A stretch of 64,000 nt of DNA from assembly GCA_041660165.1 (NCBI GenBank), contig JBAZWW010000003.1, forward strand, positions 68,352 to 132,351, written 5' to 3'. This document shows, piece by piece, positions 12,070 to 21,713 of this stretch. Position 1 is the stretch's first letter. The number at the start of each line of letters is the position of its first letter. Source of the DNA: Patescibacteria group bacterium (lineage in GTDB: Bacteria; Patescibacteriota; Patescibacteriia; UBA9934). A program made the translations under genes and the position numbers. The notes beneath the pieces were generated by a model that saw only the letters and a program-made list of their open reading frames with translations, did not search any database and had not been told where the DNA came from.

Positions 12070-13302
12070 ATGCGGAAGAGACTCGCCATACTTTTCTTGC
12101 TTGGCGTGTGTTTTCCGTTTCAGGCCCTTGCTTTCACCGGAAGCGTTTTGGCAGATCACGAATACGCTTGGAGCAATAATGTTGGCTACATCAGTTTCCG
12201 CAACGTGGTTATTACGGACAGCTCACTAAGCGGGTATGCCTGGTCCGCGAATAAGGGTTTTATTACGTTCAATCCCGCAAGGGGCGGGGTTCATAATGAC
12301 GGTAAGGGCAACTTATCCGGTTCAGCCTGGGGCGAGCAATTGGGTTGGATTGATTTTAGCGGGGTGGCGATAGATACATTCGGGCAATGGTCAGGGACAG
12401 CCACGGGGGATTTGGTAGGCACAATCACTTTTGATTGTCCGCAGTATTGCGATGTAAATACTGACTGGCGCGAAACAAAAGAGCCAACGTCTAGCAGAGC
12501 GTCCGTTCTCCCCTCGCAAGGGACGCCTACTCGTCTTGATGTAGTGGATCAACCGCTCATCACCGTTCCCGGCGAGTCCGGAAGTTTGACATTCAATACC
12601 CCGGTTGGGCCCGTTATTTTGGACGTCCCGACAAACACCTCATCAGGGCCAATCACGTTTATCATTACGCCCGTGCCATTAACTGCAGACAATAGGTATC
12701 TGGTGATTGGGAACACCGTGCTTGTGAACGGAGAGTTTTATGACCTTACCGCTTCGGATCCCAACGGTAGTCCCGTAGAATCTTTTTTTCCTCCGCTCGC
12801 TATCACGCTCCCGATAGACAGGAAGCTTTTGTCCGTGAATAATTTAGGACTGTATTTTTTTGACGAGTCTAATCAAGAATGGGCGCTTATCCCCGATGCA
12901 ATTTTTGAACCAAATAGCGTTACGGTTCAAATGGATCATTTAGCCCGGCTGGCGATCTTTGGCGGATTGGCTGAGGTGCCAAAACCGCCGGAGTTGCCGT
13001 TGCCAACGGTCATCACGCCGATCGTTCCCGTTACTCCGCCGGCTCCCATCCCAACTGTCCCCTCAAAGCCCGTCCCCACTGCACCGGGCGCAAAACCCAT
13101 TCCAGGAGGGCCATCGGCACCAGCTGGGGGAGTTGTGTCTCCGCCAAGCAGAGGCGAGATTGCGAACATCCCTTCGGTGCTAGCGAACGTCATTCCCGTG
13201 CTCCGGAGAAGCGTGCCTGTAGATATTATTATTGGTCTTGGTCTGAGTTCGCTCGCGCTTCTTTTATTGCTTCCTCGACTATTCAAACTGCTTAGGAAAT
13301 AG
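12070..13302 (+). CDS. Secreted, C-terminally anchored surface protein
   Basis: Signal peptide, three (G)YAWS.N.G[YFW]I.F-type repeats, Pro-rich stalk, C-terminal TM followed by basic residues. Confidence 0.7.
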   Translation: MRKRLAILFLLGVCFPFQALAFTGSVLADHEYAWSNNVGYISFRNVVITDSSLSGYAWSANKGFITFNPARGGVHNDGKGNLSGSAWGEQLGWIDFSGVAIDTFGQWSGTATGDLVGTITFDCPQYCDVNTDWRETKEPTSSRASVLPSQGTPTRLDVVDQPLITVPGESGSLTFNTPVGPVILDVPTNTSSGPITFIITPVPLTADNRYLVIGNTVLVNGEFYDLTASDPNGSPVESFFPPLAITLPIDRKLLSVNNLGLYFFDESNQEWALIPDAIFEPNSVTVQMDHLARLAIFGGLAEVPKPPELPLPTVITPIVPVTPPAPIPTVPSKPVPTAPGAKPIPGGPSAPAGGVVSPPSRGEIANIPSVLANVIPVLRRSVPVDIIIGLGLSSLALLLLLPRLFKLLRK

Positions 13303-13343
13303 GTTTTTGCATCTTTTGGCGCCAAGGGTATCATGGTCGCTAT

Positions 13344-13589
13344 ATGACGAATGATCTGAGTGCAATCGCGGGCCTGGGCCTTGGGCTTGGGATAGGGGTC
13401 CTCGTGCTTGTTATCTGGTCTATCTTCTGGAAGGGTTTAGCGCTTTGGCACTCGGCACGCCGGAATGAGCCATGGTGGTTTGTGATTCTTCTCATCGTCA
13501 ACACCGGCGGGATTCTGGAGATTATTTATCTGTTTGCGGTAGCGAAACTAGGGTTCGAGCAGTTATTTGATACAAAAAAGCTCTCGTAA
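13344..13589 (+). CDS. DUF5652-like small membrane protein
   Basis: WKGLALWHSAR...WF...NT.GILEIIYL motif. Confidence 0.75.
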   Translation: MTNDLSAIAGLGLGLGIGVLVLVIWSIFWKGLALWHSARRNEPWWFVILLIVNTGGILEIIYLFAVAKLGFEQLFDTKKLS

Positions 13590-13773
13590 GTTATGAGGTG
13601 AAATTGCCGAGTTGGGCTGGTTTTCATTGGCGAGCGCACTCGGACTGCCCGCGTATCCCGCTACGAAGGCGTTTTTACAGCAACTATCAACAGATTTGTG
13701 CTAAATATGTTTGACTTGCTTTTGTTAAGCATAGTACACTATGTGTAACAAGTAACTAACACATTTCTTATCT

Positions 13774-15231
13774 ATGGTTAGCGATAAAAGCGTTGAGTTT
13801 TATAAGAAGATTATTCACGCTAATTCTCCGTGGATCCAGGATCCTAGTAGATTGATAGAGCCTGAGGCGTACAGGAGAGAGGCATTTTTTCAAGTGAAGA
13901 AGGAGCTTTCGGCACCGCATGGAAACGCGGTTCTCATAAAAGGACCCCGCCGTGTCGGAAAGACAGAAACACAAAGGCAACTTATTCAAGATCTCGTGCA
14001 AAGTGGAGTTTCGCCAAAGTTTATTCTCTACCTTTCTTTTGATGATTTACAGATTATTTCTGAACGTCCAGATGATAGAGCGAGGACCGTTCAGCATATT
14101 CTTGATGCTTGGGCAGAGATACTTGGTTTTGACATGTACGATGAGATTGCTGTTCCCGCCTATTGTTTTTTTGATGAGGTGCAAGAGGTGAAGGATTGGG
14201 CGCATCTTGTGAAGAATCGTATTGAAAGAAACCATCATGTTCGAATTGTACTATCCGGTTCAGCAGCTCACTCTATTTTTGAAAAGGCTCTCAAAATATT
14301 ACTTGGGAGAGTCATTGACGTTAAACTCGCCCCTTTTTCATTTCGGGAATATCTTGAGATGAATAAATATATCTCCCAAGAAACGCTCGCCGGAGTTCGC
14401 CAGGTACAGTTAGATTTTGAGCGAGGGTTAAACCCGGTGAATTTGTATAACGACCTGAAGACAGCCACAATGAGCTGTGATGCAACGAAGATCCGTACGT
14501 ATATTTCCGAATTCCTTCTGAAGGGCGGGTTTCCACAGCTATGGAAGATGGATCAGTATAGACAGCTCGAGACAGCGCAATTCATGGATGATAATTATGT
14601 GAAAAAGGTAACGCTTGAGGATCTCATGCTCTTACAGTCTATTAAGAAGCCGGAACTGTACGAAAGACTTCTACGGCACTTGTTTGCTAGGCCGGGACAG
14701 GAATATAGCCAACAGAAGGTGGCTGTCGAGCTTGGTACAACGACGGTCACTTTGGCAGAGGGCATGCGTCTCCTTGAGCAGACAGATCTGCTTATCTTTG
14801 TTGAGAAGTTTTCCTTAAGAGCTGAGCCACTGAAACGGAGAAATATAAAGGTTTATCCTGTCGATTTAATGCTCACGACAGCTATGACAAAAGTAATTCC
14901 GCAACTCGAAACCTTAGAAAAGGGGATGATTGCAGAATCCCTTGTTGCTCAAACTACGCACCGTTTAAAAAATCTTAGTGCTTTGGCTTTCATGCAGTCG
15001 GATGATGTAAGGTTTGCTGGCGAGATTGATTTCTATTTGCGTGCAGATATGCACGATTGTCCTGTGGAGGTGAAGTACCAAACAGATATCCGAGGTCAGG
15101 ACATTGCGGCCCTGAAGCGCGTGGTCGGCGAAAGAGGGCTTATTGGCGGAATTCTTGTAACTGTTGATGAGTGGCATGTCTCGCAGAATATATACTCCAT
15201 TCCCTTATGGGCATTTATGCTTTTGGCATAA
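13774..15231 (+). CDS. AAA_14 ATPase with C-terminal DUF4143/PD-(D/E)xK-like domain
   Basis: Walker A GPRRVGKT, Walker B FFDEVQ, LSGS, GGFP, C-terminal EIDF...PVEVKY. Confidence 0.88.
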   Translation: MVSDKSVEFYKKIIHANSPWIQDPSRLIEPEAYRREAFFQVKKELSAPHGNAVLIKGPRRVGKTETQRQLIQDLVQSGVSPKFILYLSFDDLQIISERPDDRARTVQHILDAWAEILGFDMYDEIAVPAYCFFDEVQEVKDWAHLVKNRIERNHHVRIVLSGSAAHSIFEKALKILLGRVIDVKLAPFSFREYLEMNKYISQETLAGVRQVQLDFERGLNPVNLYNDLKTATMSCDATKIRTYISEFLLKGGFPQLWKMDQYRQLETAQFMDDNYVKKVTLEDLMLLQSIKKPELYERLLRHLFARPGQEYSQQKVAVELGTTTVTLAEGMRLLEQTDLLIFVEKFSLRAEPLKRRNIKVYPVDLMLTTAMTKVIPQLETLEKGMIAESLVAQTTHRLKNLSALAFMQSDDVRFAGEIDFYLRADMHDCPVEVKYQTDIRGQDIAALKRVVGERGLIGGILVTVDEWHVSQNIYSIPLWAFMLLA

Positions 15232-15251
15232 GTGCAGGAATAATCAACAGT

Positions 15252-15854
15252 ATGATCGAAGTAGAAAAGAAATTTCTGTTGAGCGAAAGTGATGAGGCCC
15301 GCCTTTTAGAGGGTGCAGAGTTTTTGAGCGAGAAATCCTTTACGGACATCTATTATGATAGAGCGGACTACGCCCTGTCCGTGCAGGATAAGTGGCTGAG
15401 GGCCAGGGATGGGAAGTTCGAGCTAAAGGTGGCTATATCTTCGAGTACCGAGAGGCTTGTAGATCAGTATGATGAGCTTGAGGACGAGGCGAAAATCCGC
15501 GAAGCCCTCCATCTCGATGTGGTCGGAAGTTTTATCGAGGACATTGCGCGGGCTGGATACTCGCCCTTTTGTACGTGTAAGACGACCAGACGAAAATACT
15601 CGAAAGACGGTTTCATCATTGACCTTGATAGCGTTGATTTTGGCGATTTCACCTATAAGATTGGCGAGATCGAGCTTATGGTGGACGAGAAATCGCAAAT
15701 TGACGGCGCGATTGAGAAAATTTTTGCCTTTGCCAAAGAACATGGCCTGGCCATTGCCCCCGTGCGCGGAAAAGTCAGGGAATATCTTGAAAGAAAGCGT
15801 CCAGAACACTATCAAGCACTCATTACCGCCGGGATTATTGCCCCACTGCCATAA
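15252..15854 (+). CDS. CYTH-domain protein (triphosphate tunnel metalloenzyme)
   Basis: MIEVEKKF (ExExK), DIYYD, WLRAR, GEIEL; start moved to 15252. Confidence 0.88.
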   Translation: MIEVEKKFLLSESDEARLLEGAEFLSEKSFTDIYYDRADYALSVQDKWLRARDGKFELKVAISSSTERLVDQYDELEDEAKIREALHLDVVGSFIEDIARAGYSPFCTCKTTRRKYSKDGFIIDLDSVDFGDFTYKIGEIELMVDEKSQIDGAIEKIFAFAKEHGLAIAPVRGKVREYLERKRPEHYQALITAGIIAPLP

Positions 15855-16731
15855 GTACGTCGCCTTTTTTGGCGCGGAGCGTTTCTTTCCACCAGAGCGG
15901 AGTGCCGGAGGCGGGGGAGCGGAGGGTTGAGGATTTTCGGTTGTGCAGTTTCTGAAAGATACCAACCATGTCGCCCTTTTTGAACGAGTTTTGGACGGGC
16001 AGGCTTGGCCTCCATAGCCCGTTTGTGGGCGCGAGTAGATAGCGGACGCCTGTGAAAATAGTGGGGCTCGATAGTCTCTTTGGTTGAGCGTCAGTAAGCA
16101 TGCCAAGCACGCGCATGGTGGATTCGGCCCAGGAAATATGGCGGGCAATTGACGCCTCATCACGGTTTCCGCGCTCGCCAGACTCTGCCAAGATATACGC
16201 CGTGCCTGCACGAGCAAGTTTTTCAGCCTTCGAGTTTCGGCGAGCGCGCTCGATGACTACCCGCTCGGCGTCAAGGGAATGGACGAGTGTTTGCGTAAAC
16301 TCGTCTACGCTTGGCGTCCCCGTTTGATAGAGCGAAACAAATGGCCGGAGCCCTTCCGTAATGGCGCCGGCGTGCAGATCGTGCCAAACGTCGGCCTGTG
16401 AGATATAATTACTCGATAACCAATGCATTAAACGCTCAGTTGATGAGCCGTCGGCCTTTCCCGGGAATATGTACTTTGGAAATTTGCCGTCAAGAGGATT
16501 TTGACTGCACTCGCCTTCAAATCCCGGTATATTAACGATAGGAATGATAATGAGCCTTCCCTCAAATTGGCCGTTGCGGTACTTTTCCGCTAGTTGGTAG
16601 CCCGCTTCAATCCCGGCATACTCGTCCCCATCCATCCCGCCCGTGATTAGCAGGGTTTTCCCGGGCCGTTGTCCCCGAATTTCATGAACAGGAATGCGGA
16701 CAATGGCGTCCCCAAGGTTTACGCGAAGCAT
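15835..16731 (-). CDS. Succinylglutamate desuccinylase/aspartoacylase (M14-like) family protein
   Basis: LLITGGMDGDEYAG (HxxE-like, with D in place of H), IPIVN, DLHAG, AESG. Confidence 0.8.
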   Translation of the reverse strand: MLRVNLGDAIVRIPVHEIRGQRPGKTLLITGGMDGDEYAGIEAGYQLAEKYRNGQFEGRLIIIPIVNIPGFEGECSQNPLDGKFPKYIFPGKADGSSTERLMHWLSSNYISQADVWHDLHAGAITEGLRPFVSLYQTGTPSVDEFTQTLVHSLDAERVVIERARRNSKAEKLARAGTAYILAESGERGNRDEASIARHISWAESTMRVLGMLTDAQPKRLSSPTIFTGVRYLLAPTNGLWRPSLPVQNSFKKGDMVGIFQKLHNRKSSTLRSPASGTPLWWKETLRAKKGDVLMAVGQ

Positions 16732-16760
16732 AGTATTTCTACTGTAACATATATCCCGTT

Positions 16761-18188
16761 ATGGATGATCATCTCCAGGAATTACACGTTTTGGCGGGGT
16801 CATTGGCGGAAAAGATGCATGTTTTTCGGCGCGCCATTGAAAGGAATCCCAGTTTCTCTCGTGCGGGGGCGCGGGCCAGCGTGCTTGCAGTTCTTGATGT
16901 CCTCGAGCGCGAAGTTATCAGTGTGTTTGCGGAGAATGCTGATGTTGCCGACAGCGCATCTCGCTTGCGGAGCCTCCAGGGGATGGTTGGTGCCATTTGT
17001 GCGTCGCTCGACTGGCAATCGCCGTCATTTCTTCATGCGCTTCAGAGCGAAGCCGGCCTGCAGACCGGAAGAATCCAGGGCACTATTAACGACTATAAGC
17101 GCGACCATCATTTGGATTCTGCGGACTACGAAAAAAGGTTTATCCGCGAATATGTTGATAGAAAAACCCCGCTTCCCGTGCGGGCCCATCTGACAGTCAG
17201 CGGGATGTCCGCCCTCGCCACTATTGTAAATTCGCTCCAGATGTACGGCGTGCTTCCCGGACCCATTCTTCTTGGGTGCTCTTCATACTTTGAAAATAAG
17301 ATGATCATTCACCGGCTGTTTCCAGGGCAGGTGGTTGAGGTGGATGAGGAGGACACGGAAGGGCTGATTGAGGCCGTCCGCCTGCACAAGCCGAAGGTAA
17401 TCTTTTTGGATTCGCTTTGTAACGCGCAAACGCTGGCCATGCCAGACCTGGCCCGGCTCATGCCCGCGCTGGCGAAGCTCGTCACCGAGGACACGTATTT
17501 GGTGCTTGATAACAGCGGGCTTGGGCCATCATGCCAACCGCTCCGTTTCATGCCCGCCGTGCCTACTCGTTTTCGGCTGGTAGTGTTTGAAAGCCTGAAC
17601 AAGCATCATCAGTTTGGCCTGGACAGGGTAACGGGCGGGGTTATTTGGACGCAGGAAATTTATTTCGGCTGGTTGAGCGGTGCCTGCATCCATTTGGGCA
17701 CGCAAATGCCGGATGTTTCAGTTCTCTCTCTCCCCACGCCCAACCGCGCGCTTTTGGATGCCCGTCTTGCGCTCATTGGCCGTAACGCGCAGGCCTTGGC
17801 CGAGGCGCTGGACACGCACGTACGTTCCCGTCCGCGTTCGCCCTTTGCCCGCGTAGCCTATCCGGGCCTGCCCGCGCATCCTTCATACGCCTGGGCGCGT
17901 GAACGTTCCTTTCATGGCGCCAGCTTAATCCCCATTTTTAAGGATGATCGGCAGGCTGTTAGATTATCAAAGATATTTCTTAGTCGAGCAATCAAAGAAG
18001 CCCGGAGTGCACACATTGATCTCACCGCCGGCACAAGTTTTGGTCTTGATACCACCCGCGTCTATTTAACTGCGCTCCACGCAAGCAAAGTGACCACGCC
18101 TTTCCTGCGCATCTCCGCCGGAACCGAGTCTCCTCAACAACTCGCCGTTTTGATCGAAGTCTTTAAGCGAGCCATGGATGCGCTGTAG
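16761..18188 (+). CDS. PLP-dependent enzyme, Cys/Met metabolism fold
   Basis: SGMSA, LVLDNS, ESLNK, YPGLPAHP, GTSFG and LRISAGTE motifs. Confidence 0.8.
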   Translation: MDDHLQELHVLAGSLAEKMHVFRRAIERNPSFSRAGARASVLAVLDVLEREVISVFAENADVADSASRLRSLQGMVGAICASLDWQSPSFLHALQSEAGLQTGRIQGTINDYKRDHHLDSADYEKRFIREYVDRKTPLPVRAHLTVSGMSALATIVNSLQMYGVLPGPILLGCSSYFENKMIIHRLFPGQVVEVDEEDTEGLIEAVRLHKPKVIFLDSLCNAQTLAMPDLARLMPALAKLVTEDTYLVLDNSGLGPSCQPLRFMPAVPTRFRLVVFESLNKHHQFGLDRVTGGVIWTQEIYFGWLSGACIHLGTQMPDVSVLSLPTPNRALLDARLALIGRNAQALAEALDTHVRSRPRSPFARVAYPGLPAHPSYAWARERSFHGASLIPIFKDDRQAVRLSKIFLSRAIKEARSAHIDLTAGTSFGLDTTRVYLTALHASKVTTPFLRISAGTESPQQLAVLIEVFKRAMDAL

Positions 18189-18207
18189 CAATGCCGGCCC
18201 GAGTTGT

Positions 18208-18495
18208 TTAGCTTTGTTGCATGTATTCGACAACAATGGAGACTATTTCCTTAACCGTTGGAGAACAGTGTTTGAATTGAAGCCGATCAAGGATTTCTGA
18301 CCCGTATTTACGGAGGACGTCACTGATAAGTGCATGGATGAACGATTGCGTAGTTGAATCAACGCCCTCAAAGTTAAGGACAACGGTCTGTTGTTCTTGG
18401 AGCGCGGGGAGAATTTCGTTTAATCGGATATCACGGGCGGTATCCTTATTTTCAGCAAAGCTTCCGACTTTTGGGAGGAGGAGTATTTCTATCAT
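18208..18495 (-). CDS. STAS-like (DUF4325) protein
   Basis: 95 aa; VVLNFEGVDSTTQSFIHALI with the conserved Ser; overlaps the HATPase gene. Confidence 0.8.
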   Translation of the reverse strand: MIEILLLPKVGSFAENKDTARDIRLNEILPALQEQQTVVLNFEGVDSTTQSFIHALISDVLRKYGSEILDRLQFKHCSPTVKEIVSIVVEYMQQS

Positions 18496-19457
18496 ATGAA
18501 TTGGGGTTTGCGATATTTGGTGCGTTTACGCTCAGCCAGAGCCTTGGCATACGTGTCTCGGATAAGATCAAGCAGTTGAGAAAATTCCTTTGTTGTATCA
18601 AGCGAAATATCAAACCCCACTACGGTACCCTGCCAATAGGGAAGCATCGTTTTTTTTGAGTGCCGATCAGCAAAAGGATCGGCGTGCAACATGACTTTTG
18701 CAGTCGTGGCAAGGGGCTTGAGAAGCTTGTACATGGCGCTACCGCTATATATGACGAAGTGATTACGGTTCACTGTGGCGATGGATTTTGTAAAAAACAG
18801 TCCTGCTCCGGCATTTTGTTCAGTTCCACCCTCTCTTTTTGTTGTTCCAGTGATTCCCGGCATGAGTGCAAGCTGGAGCGCCTCAAGATCATTTTTTGCA
18901 TCATATGAGTGATTGATGGATGAGAGGACGCCAATGCCCGTATCTGCAATGCCAATGCCGATACGGTTGCTTTTCCTATAATACTGAGCGCAGATAAATG
19001 CGCCCTCTGGTGTATGTGCGTGTTCAAGAACATTGCGTACAATTTCGCTTACGACATACTTAATTGGCTCTGCATGCTTTTTATCAAGATGGAGTAGGGG
19101 AACCATGTCGGTGATGAATCGGGAGAGGTCCTCTGAACTAGTAATTTTTTGGAGAGGGATGAATCTTCCGGCGGATTCATGCTCGGTAACGGGATGCTTT
19201 GGGTTAACCCCTAAAAATGTAAAGAGTCCCATCCGTTCAAGGTGATGAGCTGAGGCCGCGGTAAATGGGGCCGTATGGATATTCTGTTTTTGGACGGTGG
19301 CACTCAGTGCCGCCATCATGGCGATGATCGCCGGATGGATGCTTATCCAGCTTGGATGGGCAGTAATGAAGAGTTCTTGGGGGTTTGAAAAATCACACTT
19401 TTTTAAGAAGGCGTCAAAAGTTCCCAGAAAAGCACTGTTTGGCAGGTGGATTTTCAC
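18492..19457 (-). CDS. HATPase_c (anti-sigma-kinase-like) protein
   Basis: N box EIVRNVLEHA, G1 DTGIG, G2 GAGL; GTG start. Confidence 0.82.
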   Translation of the reverse strand: MKIHLPNSAFLGTFDAFLKKCDFSNPQELFITAHPSWISIHPAIIAMMAALSATVQKQNIHTAPFTAASAHHLERMGLFTFLGVNPKHPVTEHESAGRFIPLQKITSSEDLSRFITDMVPLLHLDKKHAEPIKYVVSEIVRNVLEHAHTPEGAFICAQYYRKSNRIGIGIADTGIGVLSSINHSYDAKNDLEALQLALMPGITGTTKREGGTEQNAGAGLFFTKSIATVNRNHFVIYSGSAMYKLLKPLATTAKVMLHADPFADRHSKKTMLPYWQGTVVGFDISLDTTKEFSQLLDLIRDTYAKALAERKRTKYRKPQFI

Positions 19458-19463
19458 TGGCTC

Positions 19464-19510
19464 ATTTTACCGGGATTCCCGGTATATTGTCAATTATTGT
19501 ATATCCCGGT
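19464..19510 (-). promoter_or_regulatory. Sigma70-like promoter with a palindromic operator in the spacer
   Basis: TTGACA (19493-19488), 18 nt, TAAAAT (19469-19464); palindrome TACCGGGA-T-TCCCGGTA at 19468-19484; extra half-site at 19504-19510. Confidence 0.55.
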
Positions 19511-19603
19511 GATTACTAGCCAAGATTTGGCAGTATTAGTGTTATTTCACCTTTAACCGGGAAACACTAGTTGGAAGGCCATGTATTGTGTATATTGGCC
19601 GAT

Positions 19604-20257
19604 ATGAAAGTACGAATCTGGAAGATTCTCGGCGCTGGCGTTTTTCTGTTTGTTGTAGGCCTCGCGCTCGGTTTTACTGCGGGGGCTTTTCGATTTGCGA
19701 AGACGATCACCCCTTCGGTGGCAGTTACCGGCACGGAATGGCGAGCTCGCGATGAGTTTGCACGCGATGCTGAGCCTGATTGGCGAACGCTGACTCTCAA
19801 TGGCTTTAGCCTGGCTCTTCCGTACTCGCCGGGCTGGTCTGTCTCGACGGTCGGTTTGTCAGTCTATGACCAGAGCGAGAATCTGAGCGACTCGCAATCC
19901 GATTCGATCACTTTTGGCCGGCCAGTAGACTTTGGGATGTCTATTTCTCGTCAGTACGGTCTGTCCCAAATGCCAAAAGAGAATCTTTTACAGGACCCTC
20001 GCGGTTTTGATCTTTGGAGCAGATTTAGCGAAGGCTGTCTCGGTCATCCTTTTGCGGAGCGCGAGCTAGTGGGTACGATTAACGGCATAAAATATTTAGT
20101 AGGCGGGGCCAAGGGATGTAATTTGGATTTCATTTTCAATGTTGGCGAGCATACCTACGATCTCTCGCAAAGCGTTGATTTTGGCGAGGTACCGCCGGAA
20201 GTAATTAGCGATGAAATGGCCAGGATTATCAAAAGCGTAACGGAACCAGAAGCATAG
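19604..20257 (+). CDS. Membrane-anchored hypothetical protein
   Basis: N-terminal TM and a soluble domain with two Cys; start moved to MKVRI. Confidence 0.65.
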   Translation: MKVRIWKILGAGVFLFVVGLALGFTAGAFRFAKTITPSVAVTGTEWRARDEFARDAEPDWRTLTLNGFSLALPYSPGWSVSTVGLSVYDQSENLSDSQSDSITFGRPVDFGMSISRQYGLSQMPKENLLQDPRGFDLWSRFSEGCLGHPFAERELVGTINGIKYLVGGAKGCNLDFIFNVGEHTYDLSQSVDFGEVPPEVISDEMARIIKSVTEPEA

Positions 20258-20278
20258 AGAATGCCCAACAACCCATCC

Positions 20279-20569
20279 TTACTTTTTCCCTTTTAGTCGT
20301 TCTTGCCAGGTGGGAATCCCTCGCCAAAGCGCTTGCCATTTGCCAAGGATGCCGGGCAATGGTTTGCGCAGAAACATGGCTAAGCATGAAATGATGAGAA
20401 TGAGGAAAATGCCAAGTTCTAGGACTCCATCCACAGTGGCTTGCGGATAGCCCCGGCTGTCCATGATATTGCCTATGACGCCCAGAGCCACGCAGGCGAG
20501 AATGATGGGCAAAGCAAAGCCAAAGGTCTTTCCCAGGCGCCTTTTATAAAAATTTCCAAGTGAGTTCAT
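20279..20569 (-). CDS. Small 2-TM hypothetical protein
   Basis: 96-aa ORF with two hydrophobic segments. Confidence 0.55.
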   Translation of the reverse strand: MNSLGNFYKRRLGKTFGFALPIILACVALGVIGNIMDSRGYPQATVDGVLELGIFLILIISCLAMFLRKPLPGILGKWQALWRGIPTWQERLKGKK

Positions 20570-20610
20570 AGGTCTTTAGTATAGCGTGTGAAATGCCGGT
20601 GACGGGGTAC

Positions 20611-20668
20611 TTGACAACATGTATAGTTTTGTATACATTATAGTATATAAGCTATACAAAGCTGTACA
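20611..20668 (+). promoter_or_regulatory. Promoter with repeated TGTATAG/CTATACA operator-like sites
   Basis: TTGACA, 17 nt, TACATT; TGTATAG at 20620 is inverted relative to CTATACA at 20652 and CTGTACA at 20662. Confidence 0.55.
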
Positions 20669-20670
20669 GT

Positions 20671-21399
20671 ATGTCAGATCAGGATTTTCTCTCGATCACA
20701 GAGGCCGCAAAGTCACTGGGGGTAGATAAACAAACATTACGCCGGTGGGATACGGCGGGGTCTTTGCGTCCTGATTTCCGATCTCCCGGAGGACATAGGA
20801 AATACAAGCGAGAAACGATTGATGCGTTTGCCACGGATCAGGCATCAGTGGCCGAACAATGGGCCTCATCAGAGTGTGGCGTATTGCCAAAAGCAAACTC
20901 CTATTGTGAAAATAGCGGCACATTTCAAGTCCGTCTCCACCGGCTTGAGGGCGAGCTTGTTGATCTGCTCGGCGACCTAAACTTTTCCGCCTTGATTACT
21001 GCAGTGGCAGGGGAGATTGGCAACAATTCATTTGATCATAACCACGGAAACTGGCCTGATGTCAGGGGGATTTTCTTTTCTGCGGATCTTCAAAAAAGAC
21101 AGATCGTGCTTGCAGATCGCGGGCAAGGAATCCTGGCCTCACTAAAAAGAGTTAGGCCGGAGCTTGAGGATCACAAACAGGCATTGAAAGTCGCATTCAC
21201 GGAGATTATTTCCGGCAGGGCGCCAGAACCAAGGGGGAATGGATTGAAATTTGTGTATGCCGTAGTGAGAGATAATCCTCTGCATCTTCTTTTTCAGTCC
21301 GGGGATGCCAGAGTAAACCTCAGCAAGGATTCGCCGGAGCTTGTTATTGGCCGTGCTCCGAAAAGTATTCGTGGAACATTTGCCGTGATAAAGTACTAA
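20671..21399 (+). CDS. MerR-type HTH fused to a HATPase_c domain
   Basis: SITEAAKSLGV...TLRRWD...RSPGGHRKY; EIGNNSFDH, DRGQG, RGNGL. Confidence 0.85.
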   Translation: MSDQDFLSITEAAKSLGVDKQTLRRWDTAGSLRPDFRSPGGHRKYKRETIDAFATDQASVAEQWASSECGVLPKANSYCENSGTFQVRLHRLEGELVDLLGDLNFSALITAVAGEIGNNSFDHNHGNWPDVRGIFFSADLQKRQIVLADRGQGILASLKRVRPELEDHKQALKVAFTEIISGRAPEPRGNGLKFVYAVVRDNPLHLLFQSGDARVNLSKDSPELVIGRAPKSIRGTFAVIKY

Positions 21400-21407
21400 A
21401 TAATTTT

Positions 21408-21701
21408 ATGATTATTGCGCTGAAAAAGTTTGGAACAACACTGACGTCGCGACAAGGCGGGAAAGAGGCTTTCTCCGCCTTCCTGCCCATTTTGCGCGAA
21501 GTGAACGGTAGTGAGGACATTCTTGTCGATTTTGATGGCGTCATCACCTTCACCCCATCTTGGGGGGATGAATTTTTGCGCCCGCTCTTTGATATGTTTC
21601 CTGGCCGTGTACTCCTCAAGCAGACTGACAATGCCTCCGTTTTAGCTACTCTCAAGATGCTCGAGCGGGTATATAGCAGGCCTTTGCCGTTTGGATCGTG
21701 A
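21408..21701 (+). CDS. STAS-like (DUF4325) protein
   Basis: LTSRQGG...VDFDGV..FTPSWGDEF motif. Confidence 0.82.
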   Translation: MIIALKKFGTTLTSRQGGKEAFSAFLPILREVNGSEDILVDFDGVITFTPSWGDEFLRPLFDMFPGRVLLKQTDNASVLATLKMLERVYSRPLPFGS

Positions 21702-21713
21702 AAGCACCTTTTG

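Noticed and set aside
2548-13600. Prophage or integrative island at tRNA-Ser
   Set aside because: No integrase or phage structural genes, and no duplicated tRNA 3' end was found by eye; the Com-like and fibre-like domains alone are not enough.
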